A DNA stretch of 64,000 nt from Ilumatobacteraceae bacterium (GCA_963810675.1 CAWEOL010000014.1:155689-219688), one strand, 5' to 3'; shown: positions 1 to 10,022, counted from the stretch's first letter. Numbers and translations are program-made. Notes: a model not told the origin generated them from the sequence alone.

Positions 1-1
1 C

Positions 2-1580
2 AAGCTCGTCACGCCAGGGTTCGTCGACGTCCACACCCATTTCGACGGTCAAGCTACGTGGGACTCGCTGCTCGATCCGACCACCGGTCACGGCGTGACC
101 ACGGTGATGATGGGCAACTGCGGGGTCGGCTTCGCCCCCGTGCGCACCGGGGGTGAGCAGCGCCTGATCGAGCTGATGGAAGGAGTCGAAGACATCCCTG
201 GTACTGCCCTCTCGGAGGGCATCGACTGGCGCTGGGAGACGTTTCCGGAGTACCTCGACGCGCTCGAGCAGCGGCGCTGGTCGGTCGACGTCGGCACCCA
301 TGTCCCGCACGGCCCGATCCGCGCCTACGTCCGCGACGCCGATCCTGGTGGCGACGCGGCCGACGCCGAGGTGGCGGCGATGGCCGCCCTCGTGCGCGCC
401 GGCATCGAGGCCGGCGGCTTCGGGTTCTCGACGTCACGGACGATGGGTCATCGATCGGTCGATGGCAGCCCGGTGCCCGGCACGTTCGCACCCGAGCACG
501 AGTTGCAGGTGCTCGGCGATGCCGTCGCCGAGGCGGGTGGCCGGATCTTCGAGGTCGCTCCGTCGGGGCTGGCGCGCGGCGACGACCCGGCGATTGTGGC
601 CGGCGAGATCGACTGGATGGGCCGGCTGGCCAAGCGGACCGGGCTCGCGGTGACGTTCATCCTGCTTCAGGCCCACGACCACCCTGACCGCTGGCGGACC
701 GAGCTCGACGTCGCCCACCGGTGGCGCGCCGAAGGTGCCGGCGTCGTGCCGCTCGTCGCTGCCCGCTCCGCCTCGGTGCTCTACGCCTGGGACATCCGCC
801 ACCCGTTCATGGCGCGCCCGACCTATCGCGAACTGGCCGGCCTGCCCCTCGCAGAACGCCTCGAGCGCCTGCGCGAGCCGGACGTCAGGTCGGCAATCCT
901 CGCCGAGGACGACGCCGTCGCCCACGGTCCGCTGGCCAACGAGCTGCGGTTCCTCCGCAATGCGCTCCCGCTCGCGTACGTGCTGGCCGGCGACGACCCC
1001 GACTACGAGCAGCCGGTCGAGCAACGGCTCGATGCCCGTGCCGCCCGCCTCGGCTGCAGCCTCGAGCAGGCTGCATACGACGCATTGCTCGAAGCCTTCA
1101 GGGGCGATGCTGCGCTACCCGCTCTACAACTACGCGTCTGGCGATCACTCCGTGCTGTACGAGCACCTCACCGACCCGAGCACGCTGATCTCCCTTGGCG
1201 ACGGTGGTGCACACTGCGCCTTCATCTGCGACTCGTCGTGGTCGACGTACATGCTGACCTATTGGTTGCGCGATCGGTCGCGCGGTCCGCGGCTCGATCT
1301 CACCGACGTGGTACGCCGGCTGACCTCCCAGCCGGCCGATCTGTACGGGCTGCACGACCGAGGCCGCATCGCCGAGGGCCTGCGTGCCGATCTCAACGTG
1401 ATCGACTTCGACCACCTGTCGCTGCAGATGCCGGTCGCTGTGCACGACCTGCCGGCCGGAGGAACTCGGCTGATCCAGCCGGCGGTGGGCTACGACGCCA
1501 CGATCGTCGCCGGTCAGATCACGCGGTGGGCGGGCGCCGACACGGGCGCGCGGCCGGGCCGCCTTCTCCGACGCAGGTGA
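2..1580 (+). pseudogene. N-acyl-D-amino-acid deacylase (D-aminoacylase) family amidohydrolase; 5' end outside window; one apparent frameshift near 1100
   Basis: Frame from base 2 reads KLVTPGFVDVHTHFD...TTVMMGNCGVGFAP (HxH metal site). Homology continues in ORF 735..1580 (YPLYNYASGDHSVLYEHL, GDGGAHCAFICD, LYGLHDRGRIAEGLRADLNVIDF). The frame switch falls at ~1096-1110. Confidence 0.8.
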
Positions 1581-2353
1581 GTCCAACGAAGGAGACGGGC
1601 ACGCTGCCCGATCTGCGGCGCCGTTCGGTGCTGCTCACCGGCGCCACGTCCGATCTCGGCCGCGCCTTCGCCCGCTCCATTCACGCCGCCGGCGCCCGGG
1701 TCGCGCTCGTCAGCCGCCGTGGCGATGCGCTGGCGGCGATTGCCGGCGAACTGACGGGGGCGGTGCCGATCGTGTGTGATCTGGGTGAGCTCGGTGCCGT
1801 GGGGGCGGCCGTCGAGCAGGCCAGAGTCGAGATCGGTCCGATCGACACGCTCGTCAACGCCGCCGCCCTCGGCGCTACCGCCGCGGGCGCCCAGGATGAA
1901 CGGTTGGAACAGATCGTCGCCACGATCACCGTCAATCTCGCAGCCCCGCTGGTGCTTGCGCAGAACGTGTATCCCGACATGCGCGCGGCCGGTCGGGGCT
2001 GGATCGTGCACGTCGGCTCGATCGCCGGTGAGGTCGGTATCGGACGTGTGCCGCAAGCGTCGTATGCCGCCAGCAAGGGCGGTCTTCATGCGCTGACGCG
2101 TGAGTTGGCGGCACAGTGGAGCCGTCACGGGATCCGGGTCAACACACTCGTGCCCGGGTTCTTCAGGAGTGCGATGACGGCCCCGCTCTTCGACTCGCCG
2201 AAGCTGTCGGCGTGGATCGCAGCCGGGCAGATGCAGCCCAATCCGGCCGTTCCCGACGACTTCGTGGCGGCCCTGATGTTCCTGATCTCCGACGCCAGCG
2301 CGGCGATGACCGGTCAGACGCTCATCATCGACAACGGCTGGACCGCGCGCTGA
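1577..2353 (+). CDS. SDR family oxidoreductase
   Basis: GTG at 1577 overlaps the upstream TGA (GTGA). LLTGATSDLGRAF Rossmann motif and YAASKGG (YxxxK). This is the C-terminal 258 aa of the read-through ORF 95..2353. Confidence 0.85.
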   Translation: MSPTKETGTLPDLRRRSVLLTGATSDLGRAFARSIHAAGARVALVSRRGDALAAIAGELTGAVPIVCDLGELGAVGAAVEQARVEIGPIDTLVNAAALGATAAGAQDERLEQIVATITVNLAAPLVLAQNVYPDMRAAGRGWIVHVGSIAGEVGIGRVPQASYAASKGGLHALTRELAAQWSRHGIRVNTLVPGFFRSAMTAPLFDSPKLSAWIAAGQMQPNPAVPDDFVAALMFLISDASAAMTGQTLIIDNGWTAR

Positions 2354-2474
2354 TCGCCGCCGGGTGGCAGACGCGAGAAGTGACCTTTGCCCCTCCCGTC
2401 CGACGGGGCTGCGGCGTACTTTGGTGTGAATCCCTCCGGGTAGGTCCGGGGTGGCATCGCGATGGAGTGCACAC

Positions 2475-3761
2475 ATGACCGACCAGGCTCCTCAGACGAC
2501 CATGACGTGTCGGGATCGCGTGCTGACTACGTTCGATCACCGCGAACCCGACCGCATCCCCGTCGATTTCGGGGGAACCCCGGTGACCGGGATCCATGTC
2601 TCCGTCGTCGCTGCCCTCCGCGACCATTACGGGCTCGAGCAGCGGCTGGTGAAGGTTCACGAGCCATATCAGATGCTCGGGGTGATCGACGACGATCTGA
2701 AACGGGCGATGGGTGTCGACGTCGAAGGAGTCGCCGGCAGGGAGACCATGTTCGGGTTCCGCAACGACCGCTGGCGGCCGTGGACGATGCCTGACGGCCT
2801 CGAGGTGCTCGTCTCCGACGACTTCCATACGACCGTCGACGATCGCGGCGACACCTTCATCTATCCGAAGGGCAACCTTTCGGTCCCACCCAGCGGTCGA
2901 ATGCCCAAGACCGGCTTCTTCTTCGACACGATCATCCGACAGGAACCGATCGATGCCACTCAACTCAACCCGAACGACAACCTCGAGGAGTACCACGTCG
3001 TCTCGGATGAGGACCTCGACGATCTCGACGTCGACCTGTCGGCGGCCGAGGCGACGGGGAGGGCGGTGATCGCGGTGCTGCCGGGGATGGCCTTGGGCGA
3101 CATCGCGTTCGTGCCGGCGCCGGGCCTCGAGCGGCCACGCGGGATCCGCGACATCACCGAGTGGTACATCTCCATCAAGAAGCGCCGCGAGTACGTCCGT
3201 CACGTGTTCTCGGCCCAGGTCGACATCGCCCTGGAGAACCTGGCCCGGATCCACGGACGGGTCGGTGATCGGTTCGATGCCGCGATGACCTGCGGCACCG
3301 ACTTCGGCACCCAGACATCCGCGTTTTGCTCTGTCGACACCTTCCAGGATCTGTGGGCTCCCCACTACCGGCGGGTCAATGACTGGATCCATGACCACAC
3401 CAGCTGGAAGACGTTCAAGCACTCCTGCGGCTCCGTCGAGCGCTTCATGCGGTCGTTCATCGAATGTGGGTTCGACATCATCAACCCGGTCCAGTGCTCG
3501 GCTGCAAACATGGAGGCCGAGCACCTCAAGCGCGAGTACGGGCGCGATCTTGTGTTCTGGGGCGGAGGTGTCGACACCCAGCACACCCTGCCGTTCGGCT
3601 CGCCCGGCGAGGTCCGCGACCAGGTGCTGCGTCGTTGCGAGGTGCTCGGCGCCGGCGGGGGGTTCGTGTTCAACACGATCCACAACGTGCAGGCGGGCAC
3701 GCCTCTGGAGAACATCGTTGCGGTCATCGACGCTGTGCACGAGTACAACGGAAGGAGCTGA
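2475..3761 (+). CDS. uroporphyrinogen decarboxylase (URO-D / MtaA-CmuA) family methyltransferase-like protein
   Basis: ORF 2451..3761. ATG 2475 sits 7 nt after GGAG (alternative starts 2451 and 2502). REPDRIPVDFGG N-terminus, CGSVERFMRSFIECGFDIINPVQ and FWGGGVDTQHTLPFGSPGEVRDQV are typical of URO-D-like methyltransferases. Confidence 0.7.
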   Translation: MTDQAPQTTMTCRDRVLTTFDHREPDRIPVDFGGTPVTGIHVSVVAALRDHYGLEQRLVKVHEPYQMLGVIDDDLKRAMGVDVEGVAGRETMFGFRNDRWRPWTMPDGLEVLVSDDFHTTVDDRGDTFIYPKGNLSVPPSGRMPKTGFFFDTIIRQEPIDATQLNPNDNLEEYHVVSDEDLDDLDVDLSAAEATGRAVIAVLPGMALGDIAFVPAPGLERPRGIRDITEWYISIKKRREYVRHVFSAQVDIALENLARIHGRVGDRFDAAMTCGTDFGTQTSAFCSVDTFQDLWAPHYRRVNDWIHDHTSWKTFKHSCGSVERFMRSFIECGFDIINPVQCSAANMEAEHLKREYGRDLVFWGGGVDTQHTLPFGSPGEVRDQVLRRCEVLGAGGGFVFNTIHNVQAGTPLENIVAVIDAVHEYNGRS

Positions 3762-3767
3762 TCGGCC

Positions 3768-4415
3768 ATGACAGTGCTCGACGACCTCTACGAGGCGGTG
3801 TTGGAAGGTGACTTCGACTTGACTCCCGGGCTGACCCGTCGAGGTCTCGACGTGGGGTTCGACCCCCAGACACTGATCGACGACGTCATGATCCCGGCGA
3901 TGGCCGAGGCAGGCCGTCGCTTCGAGGACGATGTGTACTTCGTCCCCGAGCTGTTGTCGTCGGGACGGGCGATCACCGCCGGCCTCGACATCTTGCGCCC
4001 GCTGTTCACGGCCGGGAGCGCCCAACGTGCCGGCCGCGTGGTGATCGGAACTGTCCAGGGTGACCTCCACGACATCGGGAAGAACCTCGTGGCCGTCATG
4101 CTCGAAGGAGCGGGTTTCGAGGTCATCGACCTCGGTACCGATGTCTCTCCTGCAGAGGTGGTGGCCGCGATCCGCGAACATCGGCCTCAGGTGGTGGCGC
4201 TCTCGGCGTTGTTGACGACGACGATGCTGTCGATGCCATCCATCATCGACGCAATCGCCGCGGCCGGTCTGCGTGATGACGTCAGGGTGCTCGTCGGTGG
4301 GGCACCGATGAATGAGGCCAGGGCCAAGGAGTTCGGCGCAGACGCCTACGCCGCCAACGCCAATGCCGCTGTCCGAGCCGCGCTCGAGCTGGTCGCCGCC
4401 GAACCTGGTCGCTGA
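3768..4415 (+). CDS. cobalamin (corrinoid)-binding protein, MtbC/MetH B12-domain type
   Basis: GGAAGGAG RBS. B12-binding signature DLHDIGKNLV (DxHxxG), SALLTTT (SxL) and VLVGGAP (GG). Confidence 0.88.
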   Translation: MTVLDDLYEAVLEGDFDLTPGLTRRGLDVGFDPQTLIDDVMIPAMAEAGRRFEDDVYFVPELLSSGRAITAGLDILRPLFTAGSAQRAGRVVIGTVQGDLHDIGKNLVAVMLEGAGFEVIDLGTDVSPAEVVAAIREHRPQVVALSALLTTTMLSMPSIIDAIAAAGLRDDVRVLVGGAPMNEARAKEFGADAYAANANAAVRAALELVAAEPGR

Positions 4416-4419
4416 CACC

Positions 4420-5286
4420 ATGGCCGGCGACCTCATCCGCGATCTCCTGGCTCGGGGCCCGGTGCTGACCGACGGCGCTTGGGGAACACAGCTGCTGGCG
4501 CGTGGTCTGCGACCAGGCCAGCTTCCCGATCTGTGGAACCTGAGCTATCCCGACCGGGTCGAGGCGGTGGGAAAGAGCTACGTCGACGCCGGGAGTGAGA
4601 TCATCCTCACCAACACGTTCCAGGCAAACCGCTTCGCCCTGCGTAATGCTGCCCGTGACGTCGTCGCGATCAACCGGGAAGGAGCGCAGATCTCGCGGCG
4701 GGCGGCGGGAGAACGTGCCAAGGTCTTTGGCTCGATCGGTCCAACCAACACGATGTTGGTCAGCGGTGACGTCGACAAAGACGAACTACGTGCCGCGTTC
4801 AGCGAGCAGGCGACAGCGCTCGCCGATGGCGGCGTCGACGCCATCGTGATCGAGACGATGTCGGATCTCAACGAGGCCGTGCTCGCCATCGAGGCGGCGC
4901 TTGTCACCGGATTGCCCGTCGTGGGATGCATGACGTTCGACTCCGGCAAGAAGAAGGATCGGACGATGACGGGCGTGACCCCGGCCCAGGCCGCAGAAGG
5001 CCTCGCCGCCGCCGGCGCCGACGTGATCGGAGCCAACTGCGGTATAGGTGTCGATTCTGCTGCCCCGATCTGCGCAGCGCTCGCCAGCGCGACGGACCGT
5101 CCCGTTTGGATCAAGGCCAATGCAGGTCTGCCCGAGCTGGTCGGTCGAGAGGTTGTGTACCGGATGACGCCGGCGCAGTACGCCGGTCACGTCGGGGCCC
5201 TCCTGGCTGCCGGCGCCGATTTCGTCGGAGGATGTTGTGGCACGACCGCCGAGTTCATCGCTGCCATGGCACGCATCATCCGCTGA
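4420..5286 (+). CDS. homocysteine S-methyltransferase domain protein (MetH Hcy-module-like)
   Basis: ATG 4420 lies 5 nt after the upstream stop. LTDGAWGTQL, ILTNTF, GANCG and GGCCGTT (Zn-ligand cysteines) match the Hcy-binding domain. Confidence 0.82.
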   Translation: MAGDLIRDLLARGPVLTDGAWGTQLLARGLRPGQLPDLWNLSYPDRVEAVGKSYVDAGSEIILTNTFQANRFALRNAARDVVAINREGAQISRRAAGERAKVFGSIGPTNTMLVSGDVDKDELRAAFSEQATALADGGVDAIVIETMSDLNEAVLAIEAALVTGLPVVGCMTFDSGKKKDRTMTGVTPAQAAEGLAAAGADVIGANCGIGVDSAAPICAALASATDRPVWIKANAGLPELVGREVVYRMTPAQYAGHVGALLAAGADFVGGCCGTTAEFIAAMARIIR

Positions 5287-5372
5287 ACGAGGGTGCTCCA
5301 GCTCGGCGACCATCCACGCATTTGGGTCGACAAAGGTCTGTGCCTCACCGGCTGCCGATCCCGCATTGCGGG

Positions 5373-6182
5373 CTAAGCTGCGTCCCAGCCGGGCCGGCGG
5401 CGGACCCCCGCGTTGATCTGATCCAGCAATGCATCGTCGAAATCCATCGCGAAGCGCTTGTAGAGGCGTGCCGCGTCGGGATGCGGCAGGATCAGCTCCT
5501 GCTCGGCGAGGATCCCCTCGACCGACAACCGCGCCACCGTGTCTATGACGTCGGGGCCATTGGCTGCTTGATTGGCGACGACCAGATCGCCGGCGAGGCC
5601 GGTGTCCAGCGCAGGCGGGAAGATCTCGATGATCTTGACGTTGCTGCTGCCGAGTTGGCGCCGTAGCGCCAGCGTGAACAAATGGAGCCCGGCCTTGGTC
5701 GCGCAGTACAGCGGGTTGGCCTCCAGCGGGAACAGCGACCCGGGAGTGTTCACATACACGATGGAGGCAGCCGAGTCCTCGCGTTCCGATGTCCGACGCC
5801 AGGACAGGAACATGCGGGTTAGCTCGATCGGGCCAGCGAAGTTGATCTCCAGCTCGTCGCGTGCCCGGTCGCGCTCGAGCGTGAAGTCGTTCATGTAGTC
5901 GTGGGCCCGCGTAACTGCGGCGTTGTTCACCAGGATGTCGAGCTCGCCGCCCGTGCGCGTGATCTCGTCGAAGAGGGCTTCGCGATCGCGGGCGTCGCCG
6001 ACGTCGGCCCGAATCGCCCGCACACCCGGCAGATCGTCGGCCACCTGTCGCAGGGTGCTCTCGGTGCGGGCACATACGATCACATGATGCCCACGATCGC
6101 AGAAGTGGCACGCCATCGCGAGACCGAAACCACCCGCCCCCCCGGTGATCAGGACCGTCTTGGTCGACGCTGAACTGCTCAT
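5373..6182 (-). CDS. SDR family oxidoreductase
   Basis: 269-aa ORF with VLITGGAGGFG, NNAA and YCATKAG. Confidence 0.85.
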   Translation of the reverse strand: MSSSASTKTVLITGGAGGFGLAMACHFCDRGHHVIVCARTESTLRQVADDLPGVRAIRADVGDARDREALFDEITRTGGELDILVNNAAVTRAHDYMNDFTLERDRARDELEINFAGPIELTRMFLSWRRTSEREDSAASIVYVNTPGSLFPLEANPLYCATKAGLHLFTLALRRQLGSSNVKIIEIFPPALDTGLAGDLVVANQAANGPDVIDTVARLSVEGILAEQELILPHPDAARLYKRFAMDFDDALLDQINAGVRRRPGWDAA

Positions 6183-6328
6183 ACTCGTACTGCCTCTCCG
6201 TGAACCGTCCTACCTCGAGGAACCAAGCCGTCGATCCGGCCGACGGTAACCCATCTTGACGACTCGAAGCGACGCGCGAATGTGTGGCGGCCGGTCCTGA
6301 CGCCGAGGAACGTCGGTGGCGAGCAGTG

Positions 6329-6523
6329 ATGCCGGCGCCGTTGGCGATCGGCTGCGGACAGACTGAGGATTACGATCTGGAGATGGGCCGCCGCGGTGAT
6401 GACTTCGGAAATGAAGCATCGATCGCCGTCGTCAATCCGCAATGCGACACGTCGCTGGAAGCGTTTTCGGCCTGGAACGCCGATGTGACGCCTGACGACT
6501 GCCGGAGGGAGTCCAAGACGTGA
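6329..6523 (+). CDS. hypothetical small protein (weak call)
   Basis: Part of ORF 6284..6523. Its TGA overlaps the GTG of the next gene (GTGA), suggesting coupling. Moderate GC3. No recognisable motif. Confidence 0.25.
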   Translation: MPAPLAIGCGQTEDYDLEMGRRGDDFGNEASIAVVNPQCDTSLEAFSAWNADVTPDDCRRESKT

Positions 6524-6789
6524 GGGACATCGTCGTGCAATACCTGTCGGATTGCCCGAATCTCTCGGTGGTGCTCGATCATCTCGAGGATGCTGGAGTA
6601 GATCGGAGAGCGATCCAGCTACACGAGATCAGTGAGGATGGACCGATCCCGAGCGGGTTCGCAGGCTCACCGACGGTCCTGATCGACGGCATCAACCCGC
6701 TCGGGACTGCAAGCACCGAGACCAGCGCGTCCTGCACGTTGCGCATCCCGTCGGTAGACCTGCTTCGGAAATTCCTCGACCGAAACTGA
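6520..6789 (+). CDS. small thioredoxin-fold protein (CPN...GSPTVLIDG type)
   Basis: 89 aa. YLSDCPN ... GSPTVLIDG ... SCTLR resembles the small thioredoxin-like proteins often seen near actinobacterial metal/mercury loci. Confidence 0.5.
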   Translation: MRDIVVQYLSDCPNLSVVLDHLEDAGVDRRAIQLHEISEDGPIPSGFAGSPTVLIDGINPLGTASTETSASCTLRIPSVDLLRKFLDRN

Positions 6790-7047
6790 CGTGGGGATCG
6801 AAGTTCGTCGTGTATGCATCGGATCTGCATGCGGCGAGCAGACTGTTGGGGCGATGGCCTCGTTGGCGTTCGAGTTGCCGGTTGTGGGTGTTGGTCATGG
6901 TGTTGCGTTCTCATCCAGGTCGATACAGAACGAGCGGCAGCCTGAACACTGCGAGTGCGAGCTGACCTCGTTGCCGTCGAAGGCCGAGGAGTGGCGTGGC
7001 TGTTCTGCGCCCGGCGGCTCGCGATTGGCTGGCGCTGCGCATTGGCA

Positions 7048-7816
7048 TCACCCCCGGCTCGGCACGTCACCGAGCACGCTGGGAGTGGGTGGACTGGCCG
7101 CGACGATCTGTTCGACGCGGGTGCGGAACACGCGCCAACGTCGTTCGTTGTCGTGCACGATCCCGGCGAACTCGCTGAAGAGATCAGCGGCGTGGTCGAT
7201 CATCTCCGCGGCGGAGTAGAGGCGTCGGGCCGACACGTGCTCGCCGGCAAGATCGGCACGTATGGCTGTCGGGCTGAAGTCGACCCGGTCGAGCAGTTCG
7301 GCGGCGCGTGTCAGGATGCGTGCTGCGAGGCTCATCATCGAAGCGCCCTGCCAGTTGTTGGCGATGATGCGGTGCCGTTCACCGAGCAGGTCGGCGAGTG
7401 GCTCGATGTCGAACAGCACCGTCGCCATGTCCCATGACGATTGCATCGCCGCACGCCAGCCACTCACCGGCGCCTGAGGCGTCGTCGGCGAAGATGCGAA
7501 GGTCGCGCTTGAGGTGGCTGATCTCGCCCGGTTCGTTTTCGACTTCCATGAACAGCACGCCGTCGAGTTGGAGCGCAACGGGGGCGTTGAGATCGGGGGC
7601 GCCTTCGTACGGGCTGAACACGGTCGGGTGATCGGGCGGTGTTGCCGTCCACTGGTCGGCGAGGGCGTGGAGCGTTCGCGAGTGGCGCTGCAAGACGACG
7701 CTCTGCTCGCGAGGAGAGGTGGAGTAGAACTTCTCGTGCTCACGGTGGAACGCCGACATGTTGAGCATGGCCGTCAACAGCGGTGTCAGGCTGGGCGGCG
7801 AGGTCGATGTCGTCAT
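7048..7816 (-). pseudogene. conserved hypothetical protein, apparently frameshifted near 7452
   Basis: Start 7816 (MTTSTSPPSL..MLNMSAFHREHEKFYSTSPREQ, ORF 7379..8116). Coding-looking sequence continues in ORF 7048..7743 (MATVLFDIEPLADLLGERHRIIANNWQG...). The alternative is two ORFs overlapping by ~67 nt. Confidence 0.5.
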
Positions 7817-8067
7817 GACGTGCCCTTTCGGCTGGCGATGCGTGTCTCCACTGTCGTGGGCCATCATCGTCAACGTCTCTGCACCCCATGGTGCCCTCAC
7901 GAGTGCGTGTCTCGCCAGGGACGTCCGTCCCGACGTCAGCAACGCCACCCGTGTGCGCTCGCAGATCGGATCGCACGGTTGCTCGAGAGCGCACGATTCT
8001 GGACCTTCGGCCCTATGTTGAGTTCGTGGGCGAGTCCGGTCGTGTTGCCTCTCAGCGGAACGGGTGG

Positions 8068-9086
8068 GTGTGGTGTGCGCTTGCCGCTGTGCTGTTCGGG
8101 GCGGCGACACCTGCAACGAAGCTGCTGGTCGACAACGTCGGCACGGTGAGCCTGGCAGGACTGCTGTATCTCGGCGCAGCTGTTCGCGATGGCCCCCTTC
8201 GTGCGCCGCGGCCCGTCGTCGAGACCGTCGCGACGTCAGCGAACTCGTCTACTCGTCGCTGTCGCCGTCGGTGGGGGTATCGCCCCGATTCTGCTGGTCC
8301 TGGCCCTCGACCGCACACCGGCGGGACAAGTTTCACTGTTCCTCAATCTCGAACTCGTCGCGACGACCGTGATCGCCCGAGTCTTCCTTCAAGAACAGAT
8401 CGGACGACGTGCAGCCGCGGGAATCGTGCTGGTCGTGCTCGGCGGTGTGATCCTGGCAGGCACGTCAGAGGGTGGCGTCGCGGCCGGGGCGCTGCTCGTG
8501 GCGGCCGCCTGCGTGTGCTGGGGTGTCGACAATGCAATCACGGCCAGCCTCGACAGTTACAGCCCGGCGCAGATCACGCTCGCCAAGGGTGTCATCGCTG
8601 GGTCGGTGAACCTGGTCGTCGGCTCTGTACTGGCTGGTGTCCCTGGCTTTGGGTTCGATCCTGGCTGCGTTGACGATCGGCGCCTTCGGCTACGGGCTGT
8701 CGATCACGATGTGGATCACGGGGGCCCGGCTGGTAGGCGCCGCCCGTGGACAGGCGATCTTTGCGTTGGCGCCGTTCGTCGGGGCACTCCTTGCCTGGCC
8801 GATCAACGGCGACCAACTGTCGGCGACGACGATCGTCGCGTTCGTTGTGTCGTTCACCGGTGTGATCATCATCGGTTCGGCACACCACAGCCACCGTCAT
8901 GCCCACGCCGCTTTCGAGCACACGCACCCGATCGACCCTGATGATCCGCACCACCAGACAGGGGCCGTCGAAGTGCTCTCTGGGCAGCATCACCGACACT
9001 TGCCGTTCACGCACGAGCACGAACACCTGCCCGACATCCACCACCGCCATCTGCATGATCCCGACTTCCTCGAGTGTGGAGAATGA
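8068..9086 (+). pseudogene. DMT/EamA family transporter with His-rich C-terminal tail; two apparent +1 frame changes (~8187, ~8640)
   Basis: WCALAAVLFGAATPATKLLVDNV (frame of ORF 7888..8673), then LLVAVAVGGGIAPILLVLALDRTPAG...VCWGVDNAIT (ORF 8189..8941), then SLALGSILAALTIGAFGYGLSITMW...HHSHRHAHAAFEHTH..HHRHLPFTHEHEH (ORF 8637..9086). Start is GTG 8068 or 8026. Confidence 0.75.
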
Positions 9087-9202
9087 CGGCACCGAGTCCA
9101 AACGATTCGTCGTCGGGACGGGCGCATACAGCCGGGACCGATCGAAATGGAACTGATCGCCTCAATGAAAGGTCATTTCGGGCGCGAGTCCTGGCTCGTC
9201 GC

Positions 9203-10015
9203 TCATCGGAGGGCGAGGCCGGAGCGAACGGCGGTGTAGGCGGCGACGATGACGAGCAGTCCGACGAACCAACGTTGCAGCGAGCTGGAGTCGCGGGTGC
9301 TGGCGAGGCGGCTGCCGACGATCACGCCGAGCAGGCTGGCGATGGTGAATGGGATCACGGTGCCCCATTCGATGGCGCCGGCCTGCAGTCGTGTGGTGAG
9401 CGCAACGGCGGAGTTGATGGTGATGACGAGCAGCGATGTGCCGATGGCTTCGGGCATCGAGAACCCGAGGGCGAGCACGAGCGCGGGGACGATGACGAAG
9501 CCGCCGCCGACGCCGAAGAACCCGGTGAGGAACCCGACGATGGTGCCGGCGACGATGACCTTGAGGGTGGTCATCGGGTCGATCCGCACCGATGTCGGGC
9601 TCGCAGTCGGGGCGGCGGCAGCGCCGACCGACTGCAACATCTCGGTCTTCGGTGCGCCTGTGACGCGGCGCCACATGCCGTAGGCCGCGACGAGCATCAG
9701 GCCGGAGAAGGCGAGGAGCAACACGTCGGGGTTCGCGGCCTTGTTCCAGTGCGAGCCGAGGAGCGAGCCGCCGATGCCGGCGAGCCCGAAGATGGCTCCG
9801 GCCGCGAACCGCACCCGACCGGCACGCCAGTGGGGCACCATGCCGATCACGGCAGTCACGGCGACGAGGACGAGTGAGGTGGTGGTGGCGTGCTTGGGGG
9901 TTTGACCGGCGGCGTAGACGAGCGCCGGAACGGCAAGGATCGAGCCACCCCCACCGAGCGCGCCGAGTGAGAGGCCGATGAGGAACCCGAGTGGGGAGGC
10001 GAGCAGGGCGCGCAT
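9203..10015 (-). CDS. TauE/SafE family sulfite/anion exporter
   Basis: 270-aa polytopic ORF with duplicated GGGGSILAVPAL / GVGGGFVIVPAL motifs. Confidence 0.85.
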   Translation of the reverse strand: MRALLASPLGFLIGLSLGALGGGGSILAVPALVYAAGQTPKHATTTSLVLVAVTAVIGMVPHWRAGRVRFAAGAIFGLAGIGGSLLGSHWNKAANPDVLLLAFSGLMLVAAYGMWRRVTGAPKTEMLQSVGAAAAPTASPTSVRIDPMTTLKVIVAGTIVGFLTGFFGVGGGFVIVPALVLALGFSMPEAIGTSLLVITINSAVALTTRLQAGAIEWGTVIPFTIASLLGVIVGSRLASTRDSSSLQRWFVGLLVIVAAYTAVRSGLALR

Positions 10016-10022
10016 GATGGTC

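Noticed and set aside
95-2353. 752-aa ORF that looks like an amidohydrolase-SDR fusion protein
   Set aside because: The middle third (about 1100-1577) is featureless Arg/Ala/Pro-rich read-through. The amidohydrolase C-terminus is clearly in another frame (ORF 735..1580), and the SDR has its own GTG overlapping that stop. It is two genes plus one frameshift.
2354-2474. Possible cobalamin riboswitch ahead of the corrinoid methyltransferase genes
   Set aside because: I looked for the B12 box and the conserved GCCACTG core and could not find either. The spacer is only ~120 nt. An Rfam scan would be the decisive test.
2325-4436. Long antisense ORFs in the high-GC part (for example 703 aa at 2325..4436, 388 aa at 17931..19097, 411 aa at 42483..43718, 409 aa at 21362..22591)
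   Set aside because: They are Arg/Gly/His/Asp-rich with no motifs and lie opposite genes with unmistakable homology. Such ORFs are expected in ~70% GC DNA, where stop codons are rare.
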